From: Candidatus Eiseniibacteriota bacterium | GTDB lineage: Bacteria > Eisenbacteria > RBG-16-71-46 > CAVPCR01 | Length of the DNA stretch: 64,000 nucleotides | NCBI GenBank assembly: GCA_963823555.1 | Contig: CAWGMA010000001.1 | Location: 896,001 to 960,000, forward strand | Direction: 5' to 3' | Shown here: positions 50,744 to 62,891 of the stretch, one piece after another | How positions within the stretch are numbered: position 1 is the stretch's first letter | Layout: each line of letters begins with the position of its first letter | Position numbers and translations under genes: made by a program | The notes under the pieces: model-generated | The model's database searches: none | Told to the model about the DNA's origin: nothing | What the model saw: the letters and a program-made list of their open reading frames with translations, nothing else

Positions 50744-52588
50744 GTGACTCAAGAAACCCCTCCTCGCACCCGGCTCGCATCGTCGTCCGCTGCGGAGACG
50801 AACGGCCCCACCTCGCCTGCGGGCTCCGGTCGCCTGCCCGTCGCCCTGTCCGGGATCGGGGCCGCTCCCGGTTTCGCCTATGGCCCGGCGCACGTGCACG
50901 TCCAGGTGGAGATCACGGTTCCCGACACCGATCTCGCCGCCGACGACGTGGAGCCCGAGGTCGAGCAGTTCATGCGCGCCATCGACAGGGCGCGCGAGCA
51001 GGTCCTCTTCCTGCGGGCGCGAGTTGCCGAGGACATCGGGGAGGAGGAAGCGCGCATCTTCGACGCCCAGCTCCTCTTCCTCGAGGATACGCTGGTCATC
51101 GAGCCCGTCATCGCCGCGATCCGGAGCGACCAGAAGCCGGCGGCTCTCGTCTTCCGCCACCACGTGGCGCGCATGATCGAGGCGATCGAGGATTCGGATA
51201 ACGAGTTCCATCGCCAGCGGGTCGACATCTTCCGCGATATCAAGCGGCGGGTGCTTCGGTTGCTGCTCGAGCTCGATGAGGATCGACCGGTGTTCCCGCC
51301 GCGTTGCGTCCTGGTCGCGCGCGACATCTCTCCCTCCGATGCCGCGATGCTCGAACGGGCCGGAGTCGTCGGATTCGTCACCGAGTACGGAGGCATGACG
51401 GCCCATGCCGCCATCATGGCGCGCTCGAAGGGGATGCCGGCCGTGGTCGGCGTGCGCGGGCTCCTCCGCGATGTCGAGAACGGGGATGTCGTCATCGTCG
51501 ACGGACTGGGCGGGACCGTGGTGGTGAATCCCACGCCGGAGCAGCTCGAGTCCTACGAGGGTCGCCTCGCCGAATACCGCGCCTTCGAGGGCAGCCTCGA
51601 GCACCTACGGGATGAGCCGGCCGTCACCACGGACGGTCGTCGCATCGAGCTCGGCGCCAACGTGGAGACCCCGGCCGACATCGAGCACGTTCTGGCTCAC
51701 GGCGCGGACTCGATCGGGCTCTACCGCACCGAGTTCTTCTACATCGATCGCGCGCGAATGCCCGATGAAGAAGAGCAGTTCGCCGCCTACCGCGAGGTGG
51801 CCGAACGCATGCACCCGCGGCCGGTCATCATCCGCACGATGGATCTGGGCGGCGACAAGGTCGCATCCTATCTGGGTGCCGATCGCGCTGATCGCGAGTC
51901 GAACCCCTTCCTCGGCTGGCGTGGGATCCGTTTCTCCCTCGAACACCGTGGTCCCTTCCGCGCGCAGCTCCGGGCCATCTACCGGGCCAGTCGCCACGGA
52001 CACGTCAAGCTCATGCTGCCGATGATCGCCACCGTGGAAGAACTGCGCGCGGCCCGCGCCCTCGCCGCCGAGGTCACGGCCGATCTCGATCAGGCCGGCA
52101 TCCCGCGCGGGGACCAGGTCGAGTTCGGGATCATGATAGAGACCCCGTCGGCGGTGATGATCGCCGATGTCCTGGCCCGTGAGGCCGACTTCTTCTCGGT
52201 GGGCACGAACGACCTGATCCAGTACACGCTGGCCGCTGATCGCTCCAACCCGAAGACGGCAGGCCTCTACCAGCCGCTCCATCCCGCCATTCTGCGCAGC
52301 TTGCGGAATGTGGTTGACGCTGCTCGGGCGGAGCGGATATGGGTGGGCATTTGTGGCGAGATGGCCGCGGATCCGCTGGCCGCCGTGCTCCTGGTCGGTC
52401 TCGGGTTCGATGAGCTCTCGGTGAGTCCCTTCCTGGTGCCAGAGGTCAAGACGGTCGTGCGTGCCATCTCCTATGCCGACGCCAGGGAGGTGGCGGAGGA
52501 AGCCCTGCGTCTCGATTCGGCCGCGGCAGTGCACGCCCTGGTGCTGACGCGGATGGCCGGCCTTTTGCCGCAGTTTCTGTTGCCGTGA
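50744..52588 (+). CDS. ptsI: PTS enzyme I
   Basis: GGMTAHAAIMAR, GLYRTEF, NPFLGWRGIR, GTNDLIQY, GICGEMA; start uncertain. Confidence 0.96.
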   Translation: MTQETPPRTRLASSSAAETNGPTSPAGSGRLPVALSGIGAAPGFAYGPAHVHVQVEITVPDTDLAADDVEPEVEQFMRAIDRAREQVLFLRARVAEDIGEEEARIFDAQLLFLEDTLVIEPVIAAIRSDQKPAALVFRHHVARMIEAIEDSDNEFHRQRVDIFRDIKRRVLRLLLELDEDRPVFPPRCVLVARDISPSDAAMLERAGVVGFVTEYGGMTAHAAIMARSKGMPAVVGVRGLLRDVENGDVVIVDGLGGTVVVNPTPEQLESYEGRLAEYRAFEGSLEHLRDEPAVTTDGRRIELGANVETPADIEHVLAHGADSIGLYRTEFFYIDRARMPDEEEQFAAYREVAERMHPRPVIIRTMDLGGDKVASYLGADRADRESNPFLGWRGIRFSLEHRGPFRAQLRAIYRASRHGHVKLMLPMIATVEELRAARALAAEVTADLDQAGIPRGDQVEFGIMIETPSAVMIADVLAREADFFSVGTNDLIQYTLAADRSNPKTAGLYQPLHPAILRSLRNVVDAARAERIWVGICGEMAADPLAAVLLVGLGFDELSVSPFLVPEVKTVVRAISYADAREVAEEALRLDSAAAVHALVLTRMAGLLPQFLLP

Positions 52589-52597
52589 GGAGTTGGG

Positions 52598-53731
52598 ATG
52601 ATGTCGGGGACCCAGACGTCGGATGCCGATCCACGGAAGATCTCACTCGATTCCAAGTCGGTGATCGGGCGCACCGATCGCCAGGGAATGCTGGATCTGG
52701 TGGCGGCCTTTCCCTCGCAGTGCGAGGCGGCGATCCAGATCGGCCAGAAGGCCGCCATTGGTACGGCTCACGGTCCTTTCCGGACCCTGGTCGTGGCCGG
52801 GATGGGGGGGTCAGCGATCGCCGGCGATCTCCTGCGCTGCTACCTGGGTGACACCACCGAGATTCCAATACTCAATGTTCGCAACTACGTGCTGCCCCGG
52901 GCCGTTGGCCACGGCTCCCTGGTCCTGTGCTCGAGCTACTCGGGCAACACCGAGGAAACGCTTGCTCTCTATGAGGATGCCCGCCGCAAGCGAGCCCGGG
53001 TCATCTGCCTTACGACCGGCGGCAAGCTGGCCGAGAAGTGCGGGCGGGACGGCGTGCCGTGGATCCGGGTTCCCGGCGGTCTTCCGCCACGGGCCGCCGT
53101 GGCGTACACGTTCATTCCGGTGCTCACGACCCTGTGGCGTTTGGAGATCGTGCCCCCGCGCTGGGGGGAGCTCGACGAGCTCCTCCTCCGAGTGCGGGAA
53201 GCGGGAGATCGCTGTGCGGTCGAGGTGCCCACCGCCGAGAACATTGCCAAGCAGCTCGCCCGCAAGCTAGTCGGCCGACTGGCCGTGATCCACGCCTCGG
53301 CCGATCACCTCGAAGCCGTTGCCATGCGCTGGAAGGCGCAGCTCTGCGAGAACGCGAAGGCGCTCGCCTTCCACTCCCTCCATCCCGAGCTCACCCACAA
53401 CGAGATTGTGGGATGGATGGGAAGGAGCCCTGTGATCAAGGGTTCCCATGTCATCGCTCTCCGCGATGCCGAAGACGAGGCCCGCACCCAGCGGCGCATC
53501 GAGGTGACGAGCGAGATGATCATGGAGAACGGGGCGGAAGTGAGCCAGGTCTGGAGCGGCCACGGTTCGCGACTGGCCCGCCTGTTCGGGCTGCTTCATC
53601 TCGGAGACTACGTGAGCGTGTACCTGGCGGTCTTGAATCGGGTCAACCCGACTCCGATCGAGGCCATCGAAACCATCAAGAGCCGCCTGGCCCAGCTCAA
53701 GGCCGGCGAGACCGAGGTGCCCGGTGCCTGA
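52598..53731 (+). CDS. Bifunctional phosphoglucose/phosphomannose isomerase
   Basis: GMGGSAI.GD, SSYSGNTEET, TTGGKL, PRAA, RWK.Q..ENAK, PEL.HNEIVG. Confidence 0.9.
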   Translation: MMSGTQTSDADPRKISLDSKSVIGRTDRQGMLDLVAAFPSQCEAAIQIGQKAAIGTAHGPFRTLVVAGMGGSAIAGDLLRCYLGDTTEIPILNVRNYVLPRAVGHGSLVLCSSYSGNTEETLALYEDARRKRARVICLTTGGKLAEKCGRDGVPWIRVPGGLPPRAAVAYTFIPVLTTLWRLEIVPPRWGELDELLLRVREAGDRCAVEVPTAENIAKQLARKLVGRLAVIHASADHLEAVAMRWKAQLCENAKALAFHSLHPELTHNEIVGWMGRSPVIKGSHVIALRDAEDEARTQRRIEVTSEMIMENGAEVSQVWSGHGSRLARLFGLLHLGDYVSVYLAVLNRVNPTPIEAIETIKSRLAQLKAGETEVPGA

Positions 53732-54729
53732 GCTGGACAAGCCCATCGCCATCATTCCGGTGGCCGGCGTCGGCAGCCGGCTCCGGCCGCATACCCACAC
53801 CGTGCCCAAGGCGCTCATCAACGTGGCTGGCAAGCCGATGCTCGCTCACATTCTCGACGAGCTCACCAGCCTCGGTGTCCGTGAGGTCACGCTCGTCGTC
53901 GGGCACATGGGAGAACGCATCCGTCACTTCGTCGGGCGCGACTACCGGCATTTCGACGTGCGCTATGTCGAGCAGCTCGACCGTCAGGGTCTCGGCCACG
54001 CCGTGCACCTCACCCGCGGCCAGTGGCCCGGGCGGCGGCTCCTGATCGTTCTGGGAGACACCATCTTCCGCGCCGATTTCGGTGAGGTGATTGCCTCTCC
54101 CGTGAGCCTGATCGGGGTCAAGGGCGTGGATGATCCCCGACGTTTCGGGATCGTGGAACTCGAGTCCAGAGAGCCAGGTGGCCCGGTTGATCGAGAAGCC
54201 CGAGCACCCAACCTCAGACCTGGCCATCGTCGGCATCTACTACATCGCTCATGGCGATGTCCTCTATGAGTGCCTGGAGGAGCTGATCCAGCGCGACATC
54301 CGGACCCGGGGCGAGTACCAGCTCACCGACGCCCTCCAGCTGATGATCGAGCGGGGCGAGAAGATGGGTATCTTCCACGTCCAGGGCTGGTACGATTGCG
54401 GGCAGCCGGAGACCCTCCTGGCCACCAACCGGGCCCTCCTCGACATGCAAGGGGGAGGGGGACTCTCGGCCGAGGGTACGGGAGTGGTGCTGGCGCCGGT
54501 GGCCATCGACCCCTCGGCCACCGTCATGAGTTCGATCATCGGTCCCCATGTCTCGGTGGCCGCCGGGGCCGTGGTTCGCAACTCGATCGTTCGCAACGCC
54601 ATCATCAACGAGAGCGCCATCGTCGAGGATGTGCTCCTCGATGCTTCGGTGATCGGGGACCACGCCGTGGTCCGTGGTGCATTCAAGAAGCTCAACGTCG
54701 GCGACTCGTCCGAAGTGGAGCTGATCTGA
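53724..54729 (+). CDS. Sugar-phosphate nucleotidyltransferase; frameshift near 54168
   Basis: IPVAG.G.RLRPHT...PK, GLGHAV, LGD, PRRFG in the first ORF; EKPE, GEYQLTDAL, WYDCG and a left-handed beta-helix tail in the second. Confidence 0.88.
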
Positions 54730-54793
54730 GCGGCCCGCCAGGGCCGGACAAGGATTCGGCGCGCGGGCGCCGGAGGAAGCAAGGAGGAACTGA

Positions 54794-56008
54794 ATGAGCA
54801 CGGTGGGCAGGGCAGCGGCAGACACGAGCAACATGCGCCACGACCCGGCGCGAAAGCCGGGGATGAAGGGCGCCTACCTGTTCACCTCGGAATCGGTCAC
54901 CGAGGGGCACCCGGACAAGATCGCCGATCAGATTTCCGACTCCGTCCTGGATGCGATCCTGGACCAGGATCCGCAGGGGCGAGTGGCCTGCGAGACGCTG
55001 GTCACGACCGGGCTCTGCCTGATCGCCGGTGAAATCTCGACCCAGTGCTACGTCGACATTCCACAGGTCGCTCGCAAGACGATCCGCGATATCGGCTACA
55101 CCGACGCCAGCTACGGCTTCGACTACGAGACGTGCGCCGTCATCACCTCCATCGACGAGCAGTCGCCGGACATCTCGGTGGGCGTCGACCGCCTCGGCGC
55201 CGGCGACCAGGGCATGATGTTCGGCTACGCCAGCAACGAGACCAAGGAACTGATGCCGCTCCCGATCCTGCTCGCCCATCGCCTGTCGCGGAAGCTGGCG
55301 GAAGTGCGCAAGGGCGCGGTCCTGCCCTACCTCCGGCCCGACGGCAAGACGCAGGTCACGGTCGAGTACGATGGGAACGGCAAGCCGCTCTACGTCAGGA
55401 CGGTGGTCATCGCCGCGCAGCATCATCAGGACGTCTCGGTCGAGAAGGTCAAGATGGACCTGATCGAGAAGGTGGTGAAGGAGATCGTTCCGGCCGAGTA
55501 CGTGAAGGACGGCGAGCTCCTGGTCCACGTCAATCCGACCGGGCGCTTCGTTCGGGGCGGTCCCATGGCCGACTGCGGGCTGACGGGGCGCAAGATCATC
55601 GTCGACACCTACGGCGGGGCCGGGCGCCACGGCGGCGGCGCCTTCTCGGGCAAGGATCCGACCAAGGTCGATCGCTCGGCTTCCTACGGGGCCCGGTGGG
55701 TGGCGAAGAACATCGTCGCCGCGGGGCTGGCCGACCGTGCCGAGGTGCAGATCGCCTATGTGATCGGCGTGGAGCATCCGGTGTCGGTCATGGTCGACAC
55801 CTTCGGTACCGGGCAGATCCCCGACGAGAAGATCGCCGAGATGGCGCAGAAGTTCTTCGACCTGACGCCGAAGGGGCTCATCAACGAGCTCGACCTCCGC
55901 CGGCCGATCTACCGCCGGACAGCCGCCTATGGGCACTTCGGCCGGGAGGACGAGGGCTTCACCTGGGAGATCTGCAACCGCGTCGATGACCTCCGCCGCG
56001 GCATCTAG
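54794..56008 (+). CDS. metK: S-adenosylmethionine synthetase
   Basis: [46 protein letters not shown] before 54794 (alternative start 54863). Confidence 0.98.
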   Translation: MSTVGRAAADTSNMRHDPARKPGMKGAYLFTSESVTEGHPDKIADQISDSVLDAILDQDPQGRVACETLVTTGLCLIAGEISTQCYVDIPQVARKTIRDIGYTDASYGFDYETCAVITSIDEQSPDISVGVDRLGAGDQGMMFGYASNETKELMPLPILLAHRLSRKLAEVRKGAVLPYLRPDGKTQVTVEYDGNGKPLYVRTVVIAAQHHQDVSVEKVKMDLIEKVVKEIVPAEYVKDGELLVHVNPTGRFVRGGPMADCGLTGRKIIVDTYGGAGRHGGGAFSGKDPTKVDRSASYGARWVAKNIVAAGLADRAEVQIAYVIGVEHPVSVMVDTFGTGQIPDEKIAEMAQKFFDLTPKGLINELDLRRPIYRRTAAYGHFGREDEGFTWEICNRVDDLRRGI

Positions 56009-56073
56009 GAGGCAGCGGGACCGGGAGCCGTCGAGCCCGGGATAGGGTTGTTTTTCGCCGCGATTTGCGCCAT

Positions 56074-56112
56074 CATCGCGCGCGCCCGCTGTTGGGCGCG
56101 CGCGGTGTGTTT
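56074..56112 (+). terminator. Hairpin after metK (possible terminator)
   Basis: CATCGCGCGCGCCC (56074-87)/GGGCGCGCGCGGTG (56094-107) followed by TGTTT. Confidence 0.5.
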
Positions 56113-56228
56113 GGGGCTCCGGCTCACCCATGCCGGGCGTGATGGGCCCGCACGCGCATGCACCCATTCCGCCGGCCCAACGATCCGTATACCGAGCGAT
56201 CCTCTATAAAAGCTGAAGGAGACATCCC

Positions 56229-57524
<1,296 letters not shown>

Positions 57525-57535
57525 GGTCCAGCGTC

Positions 57536-57570
57536 GGGACGGGCCCCGCTCCAGGCGGGGCCCGCTTCCC
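57536..57570 (+). terminator. GC-rich hairpin after ahcY
   Basis: CGGGCCCCGC (57540-49)/GCGGGGCCCG (57555-64) stem; no long U tract. Confidence 0.4.
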
Positions 57571-57654
57571 ACCGGCCCGCTCGTCGTGCCCCGATCCGGC
57601 GAGGCCCCTTGATCGGAGTGCGTCCCCGGTGATGGCACTCTGCAGGAGGTAGCC

Positions 57655-60303
57655 TTGTCGGTGCTCGCTCAACTCTCGCTCGCGCGCCGCCAGCAGATCC
57701 TGGGCATCCTGCTCATCGCCCTCGGCGTCTTGTCGGGCCTTTCCCTGCTCACGATGGGCGGCCCTCGGGGGGCGCTGGTGGCGAGCTTTGGTCCCGACGC
57801 CTGTGGGTTCGCCGGCTCCTTCCTGGCCCGGCTCCTGGCCGGCCTCTTCGGGCGGATCCCGGCGCTTCTCGTTCCCGTGGCCCTCGTGGCCTGGGGTGCG
57901 AACCGCGTCCTGCTGCGGCCGCCCACGGCGCTACTGGCTCGCTCCCTGGCCGCTTCGGCGCTCCTGTTCTTCATCATCGGCATCCTCGGGGTGTCGCACG
58001 CCAGGGACAGCTTCTGGGTGGGATACCTCGGCGAGGCGATCGGTGTGCAGGCCACCGGTTGGCTCGGAGCGGTGGGAGCTCACGTCGTGCTCTGGGCGGG
58101 ACTCCTCGTTGCGGTCCTGTCGCTCCTCGACCTCGGGCTGGCCGATGTGATGGGCGCCCTGGGGGCGGCCTGGGCAGCGCTCAGGCACAAGCTCACGCTG
58201 TGGGGCAATGCCTTCCGGACGCGGGCCCAGGCCCAGCCGGGAGCGAACCACGTGCAGGGTCCCGAAGCAGGTGCACCGAGCCTGCCCTCTCTCGAGCGCG
58301 GCGCGCCGCCCTCTCTGCAATCGCCGGCGCCCGCGCCGCCTTCCGGGGTGGCCAGTGCCGCTTCGGCGGCGGCCACGAACCTCAAGGAAGCCTTGCTCGA
58401 TCTCCGCAAGAGCCGCCGTGCCGAACGCGATCGAGTCGCCGCGGCCATGGCTTCCGATTTGAGTCCGCCGCGCGTGGCGCGGCCCGAGGAGTCCGTGCGA
58501 CACGGCGTGGACGCGCAGGCCCCCGTGGCTCCTGCGGGTACGGGGAGTCGCTCGACAGGAGTCGAGCAAGCCGGAGCGGTGAAGGAGCCCGCCATCGCCG
58601 AGGCGGGGTCCCAGGCGAATGCCGCTCGCGCCGGATCGGAACGCCTCGCCAAGAGCGGCGCCAGCGGATTGAAGACTCTGAACGAGGCCAAAGCTCGGTC
58701 ATCCACCGATCGGGCCGCATCGTCGGAGCGGGGGACCGCGCTGGAGCCGCGGCTCGCTCCGCCTGAAGCAGCGTCGGCCGGCGGCGTGGCCGCTCGGTCT
58801 GCTTCCCGCCCCGGGGCTCCAGCCGCCGGGAAGCCGCTGCCCCCATCGCGTCCGCGTGGCACCGCGTACGCCCTGCCGCAACTCTCCTTCCTGGAAACGA
58901 AGGCCGATGCCAAGACGCAGATTCCCGAAGCCGACATCCTGAAGAGCTCGCGCCTGCTCGAGCAGACGCTCTCTCACTTCGACATCACGGGCAAGGTGAC
59001 CGAGGTCGTTCCAGGGCCCGTCATCACGCGCTATGCCTTCGAGCCTGCGCCCGGGGTCAAGGTGAATCAGATCCTGTCCCGCGCCGATGATCTGGCCCTC
59101 GCGCTCAGGGCCCACCGGCTGCGTCTCCTCGCGCCCATTCCCGGCAAGGCGGCGGTGGGTATCGAGGTTCCGAACCTGCACCCGGAGACCGTTCACCTGG
59201 GTGACGTGGTGGGAGTGGAGCTGTTCAAGCGGCCGGGGGGTCTGCTCCTCGCCTTGGGCAAGGACGTCTCCGGAGTTCCGGTGGTCGCGGACCTGAAGAA
59301 GATGCCGCACCTCCTGATCGCAGGAGCCACCGGCTCCGGCAAGTCGGTGTGCGTGAATGCCATCGTCCTGAGCCTGCTGAGTCGGCTGTCCCCCAAGGAC
59401 CTCCGCCTCGTCATGGTGGATCCCAAGATGCTCGAGCTGACCAGCTACAACGGGATCCCGCACCTGTTGATGCCGGTGGTGACGGAGGCCCGAACGGCTG
59501 CCAAGGCGCTCCGTTTCATGGTGGCCGAGATGCAGCGGCGATATCAGCGCCTGGCCCGTCGCGGCGTGCGCGACATCGAGTCCTACAACGCGTCGCTGGA
59601 CCAGCACGCGGGACTGACGCCCGAGGTGCCTCCCGACGAGGAGCACTTGCCCTACATCGTGGTCCTCATCGACGAGCTGGCGGATCTCATGCTCACCCTG
59701 GGCAACGAGATCGAGGATCCGATCGCCCGTCTCGCCCAGATGGCGAGGGCCGTGGGCATCCACCTGGTACTTGCTACACAGCGTCCGTCGGTGGATGTCA
59801 TCACCGGCATGATCAAGGCCAATTTCCCTTCCCGCATTGCGTTTCAGGTTGCTTCTAAAGTCGATTCGAGGACGATCCTGGACCAGAACGGGGCCGAGGC
59901 CCTGCTCGGTCGCGGGGACATGCTCTACTTGCCTGCTGGCCGCCCGGACCCGGTGCGCATCCATGGCGCCTACGTCGCGGACCGGGAGATCCAGGACTTG
60001 GTTCGCCACTGGTCGGATTTCGATCCGCCCTCGCCCGAGCTCGACGTGGAGCGGCTGCCGCTCAAGGATGGGGGTGGCGAGGGTGGGGACGAGAGCGATG
60101 AGGACGAGCTCTTCGCCGAGGCCCGCCGCATCGTGGTGCAGACCGGGATCGGTTCCACCTCGCTCTTGCAGCGCCGGCTCAAGGTGGGGTATGCCCGGGC
60201 CGGCCGGCTCATGGACCTCCTCGAGCAGTCCGGGGTGGTAGGACCACCAGATGGTTCCAAGGCGCGGGAGGTTCTCATCCGCCCCGGCGACCTGCCGGAC
60301 TAG
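57655..60303 (+). CDS. ftsK: DNA translocase FtsK
   Basis: N-terminal TM segments, A/P/S linker, GPVITRY, AGATGSGKS, IDELADLM, ATQRPSVDV, gamma domain LQRRLKVGYARAGRL; TTG start after AGGAGG. Confidence 0.96.
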   Translation: MSVLAQLSLARRQQILGILLIALGVLSGLSLLTMGGPRGALVASFGPDACGFAGSFLARLLAGLFGRIPALLVPVALVAWGANRVLLRPPTALLARSLAASALLFFIIGILGVSHARDSFWVGYLGEAIGVQATGWLGAVGAHVVLWAGLLVAVLSLLDLGLADVMGALGAAWAALRHKLTLWGNAFRTRAQAQPGANHVQGPEAGAPSLPSLERGAPPSLQSPAPAPPSGVASAASAAATNLKEALLDLRKSRRAERDRVAAAMASDLSPPRVARPEESVRHGVDAQAPVAPAGTGSRSTGVEQAGAVKEPAIAEAGSQANAARAGSERLAKSGASGLKTLNEAKARSSTDRAASSERGTALEPRLAPPEAASAGGVAARSASRPGAPAAGKPLPPSRPRGTAYALPQLSFLETKADAKTQIPEADILKSSRLLEQTLSHFDITGKVTEVVPGPVITRYAFEPAPGVKVNQILSRADDLALALRAHRLRLLAPIPGKAAVGIEVPNLHPETVHLGDVVGVELFKRPGGLLLALGKDVSGVPVVADLKKMPHLLIAGATGSGKSVCVNAIVLSLLSRLSPKDLRLVMVDPKMLELTSYNGIPHLLMPVVTEARTAAKALRFMVAEMQRRYQRLARRGVRDIESYNASLDQHAGLTPEVPPDEEHLPYIVVLIDELADLMLTLGNEIEDPIARLAQMARAVGIHLVLATQRPSVDVITGMIKANFPSRIAFQVASKVDSRTILDQNGAEALLGRGDMLYLPAGRPDPVRIHGAYVADREIQDLVRHWSDFDPPSPELDVERLPLKDGGGEGGDESDEDELFAEARRIVVQTGIGSTSLLQRRLKVGYARAGRLMDLLEQSGVVGPPDGSKAREVLIRPGDLPD

Positions 60304-60459
60304 AGGCCTGTTGGGTCGGGAAAGGACCATGATCCGGCTCGTGGCCATGGGAGCCCCGGCGTTTGCCGGTGTTCTTTCGCCTCCCGTCACGATCTGCTAC
60401 CGTATCCGACCGGTTCCCTTCTTCGCGGGCCGCCCGCGGCGGGCGGCCGTCTCTATGTC

Positions 60460-61878
60460 ATGAGCGCGACCCCAATTCCCATCCTGAAAGCCGGAGTGTC
60501 CGCTCCAGCCCATGCCCCGATAGCCACGGGCAGCGCCAAGCCGCGAGTCAAGGTCGCCCTCGTCACTCTCGGTTGCCCCAAGAACCTCGTGGACTCGGAG
60601 ACCATGCTCGGCCTTCTCGGGCGGGCCGGGCACTTGACGACCGGCGATCTGGCCGAGGCCGAGGTGGCGGTGGTCAACACGTGCAGCTTCATCGAGCCGG
60701 CCCGCCAGGAATCCGTGGATGCCGTGCTCGAGGTCGCCGCGCACAAGCGCGGAGGCCGGCTCAGGGGACTCGTGGTCGCCGGCTGCATGGCGCAACGTTA
60801 CGGGGCCGAGCTCGTGGCCGAGATCCCCGAAGTGGATGCCGTCATCGGGACCGGTCAACTCGAGCGCGTGGTCGAAGTCGTGGAAGCGTTGTTCGGCGGC
60901 AGGGAAGGTGGTGTGCACGTGGCCGCGCCGGGAGCGCCGGTCCGCGATTTCGCCGCCCGCGTGCTGGCGACACCCAGGCACTCGACCTATCTCAAGATCT
61001 CTGAAGGTTGCGACCATCGCTGCGCATTCTGCATCATTCCGGCTCTGCGCGGCGATCTCAGGAGCCGTACGGTCGAGGACAACGTGGCCGAAGCCGAGCG
61101 CCTGGTGGCGAGCGGTGTGCGCGAGCTCAACCTGATCTCTCAGGACACGACCGGCTATGGAACGGATCTCCCTGGAGGGCGTGCCGAGCTCGTCCGGCTG
61201 TTGCAGGCTCTGGACGCGATCCCTGGCCTGGCCTGGATTCGCCTCCTCTATACCTATCCGGCGCTGTGGACGAGGGATCTCATGACCGCGATGGCGGATC
61301 TAGAGCATGTGGTTCCCTACGTCGACGTGCCCATTCAGCACGTGAGCGAGCGGATGCTCCGGCGCATGAACCGCGGTCTGTCGGCCCGCCGCCAGCGGAA
61401 GATCCTCACCGAGCTCAGGCGGTGCATCCCCGGCCTGGCCGTGCGCACGACATTCATCGTCGGCCACCCCGGCGAGGAGGAGTCGGACATCGCTGAGCTC
61501 ACGGACTTCATCGCCGAGTATCGCTTCGAGCGCATCGGTTGTTTTGCCTATTCGCAGGAAGAGGGCACGCCCGCCGGCGAGGATCCCGATCAGGTGCCGG
61601 AAGCGGTGGTCGGCGAACGCCTGGAGCGCGTGGAGAGCGCCGCTCGGCAGGTGGGGCTCGCCCTTCATGCTGCGCGTGTCGGGGAGACGATCGAGGTCAT
61701 GGTCGACGGACCGCCTGTCGGCGGGCGGACGCCGGCTCGCTCGACATGGGACGCTCCCGAGATCGATGGCCGTGTTTTCGTCGAGGGGGAGGTCGGACCG
61801 CCGGGGACTCTCGTCCCGGTGCGGGTCATAGCGGCGGGAGCCCGAGATCTGGTGGCTGCGCCAGCGGTGGGAGAATAA
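60460..61878 (+). CDS. rimO: Ribosomal protein S12 methylthiotransferase
   Basis: LGCPKNLVDSE, NTCSFI, KISEGCDHRCAFC, APEIDG TRAM domain. Confidence 0.95.
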   Translation: MSATPIPILKAGVSAPAHAPIATGSAKPRVKVALVTLGCPKNLVDSETMLGLLGRAGHLTTGDLAEAEVAVVNTCSFIEPARQESVDAVLEVAAHKRGGRLRGLVVAGCMAQRYGAELVAEIPEVDAVIGTGQLERVVEVVEALFGGREGGVHVAAPGAPVRDFAARVLATPRHSTYLKISEGCDHRCAFCIIPALRGDLRSRTVEDNVAEAERLVASGVRELNLISQDTTGYGTDLPGGRAELVRLLQALDAIPGLAWIRLLYTYPALWTRDLMTAMADLEHVVPYVDVPIQHVSERMLRRMNRGLSARRQRKILTELRRCIPGLAVRTTFIVGHPGEEESDIAELTDFIAEYRFERIGCFAYSQEEGTPAGEDPDQVPEAVVGERLERVESAARQVGLALHAARVGETIEVMVDGPPVGGRTPARSTWDAPEIDGRVFVEGEVGPPGTLVPVRVIAAGARDLVAAPAVGE

Positions 61879-61883
61879 AAGCC

Positions 61884-62891
61884 ATGTCGCCGAAGGCAAG
61901 CGGAAGCGCACCGCGCGCAATCCAGAGTGAGCGTGGGCGCAGGGTGATCGCAGGAGCAGCCATTGCCGCCCTCTTCGGGCTCGGTCTCGCGGCAGCACCC
62001 TTCGCCGGCGAGCCGAGTCGGTACCCGACCAATCTCGAGCTGGTGCGGAAGGTGGCCTCGGAAGCGGTCACCGAGATGCTCGGTGATCTGCCACCGGCCG
62101 GCCGCCGTGTACGCATCCAGGTCGAGCCCTTTCACGAGGCGGGGTGGTTGGTAGAGGACCTGGTCGGGCAGGATCTTCGGGCCCGCGGCTACGAGGTCGT
62201 CGTTGTGCCCACGACACCGGTGTCACCCCCACCGGGTGCGGGTACCACGCCACCGGTGGCGCCGCAGGCGGCTGGGGACCAGGCCTACACGCCGCCGAGC
62301 GGCGCGGCGCAGGCCGGAGCCGCAGCCCAGGCCGCGATGCAGCAGTCGGGGCAGGAGCCCCCGCCCGCCGGATCAGCCCCGGCCGCAGGGGATTCGGCGT
62401 CCGCCTCCGCTCCGGGCGATGAACTCGGGAGCGCCGCCGGAGACGGGACAGCCCTGGCCTCCGCGGGCTCGCCCGAGAAGGTCATGGCCGGCGGTGCCGC
62501 CCAGTCCGCTGCAGCGGCCCCGTCCGCCGCCGAGTTGTTGCCCGTCGATGCCGAGATCGAACTCCGGGTCATCGAGCTCGGGCTGCGCTACACGAAGACC
62601 CACAAATCGGGTTTCATCTTCGGCGGCACCAAGGTCGAACGCCTCGCCGCCGCCAGCTTGCACGGTGATCTCAGGAGCGACGATGGCGCGATCGTCCGCT
62701 GGTCGGGACTCGGGGAAGCGTCGGCGATCGACGAGGTTCCCAAGGATGAGCTCTTGATCCTCGAGGGCCAGCGGTACCCGTTCACGGCACCGACGCTGCC
62801 GCAGAAGAGCTCCACGCGCTGGGTCGAGCCGGTTATCGTCTCGGTCATCGTGGTCGGGCTGGTCTTCCTCTTCGTATCGAACCGGAGCTAG
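61884..62891 (+). CDS. Hypothetical exported protein with A/P-rich linker and C-terminal TM anchor
   Basis: N-terminal hydrophobic signal, low-complexity middle (~62210-62530), C-terminal WVEPVIVSVIVVGLVFLFVSNRS. Confidence 0.7.
   Translation: MSPKASGSAPRAIQSERGRRVIAGAAIAALFGLGLAAAPFAGEPSRYPTNLELVRKVASEAVTEMLGDLPPAGRRVRIQVEPFHEAGWLVEDLVGQDLRARGYEVVVVPTTPVSPPPGAGTTPPVAPQAAGDQAYTPPSGAAQAGAAAQAAMQQSGQEPPPAGSAPAAGDSASASAPGDELGSAAGDGTALASAGSPEKVMAGGAAQSAAAAPSAAELLPVDAEIELRVIELGLRYTKTHKSGFIFGGTKVERLAAASLHGDLRSDDGAIVRWSGLGEASAIDEVPKDELLILEGQRYPFTAPTLPQKSSTRWVEPVIVSVIVVGLVFLFVSNRS

Noticed and set aside
54730..54862. SAM riboswitch upstream of metK
   Set aside because: Only a short CCCGGC/GCCGGG hairpin; no SAM-I AUC-AGAG/GCAACC core or other SAM-class consensus recognised
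56009..56228. SAH riboswitch upstream of ahcY
   Set aside because: The GAGGAGCG...CAGGCUC core is not present; the region holds a terminator-like hairpin and an AT-rich promoter-like patch
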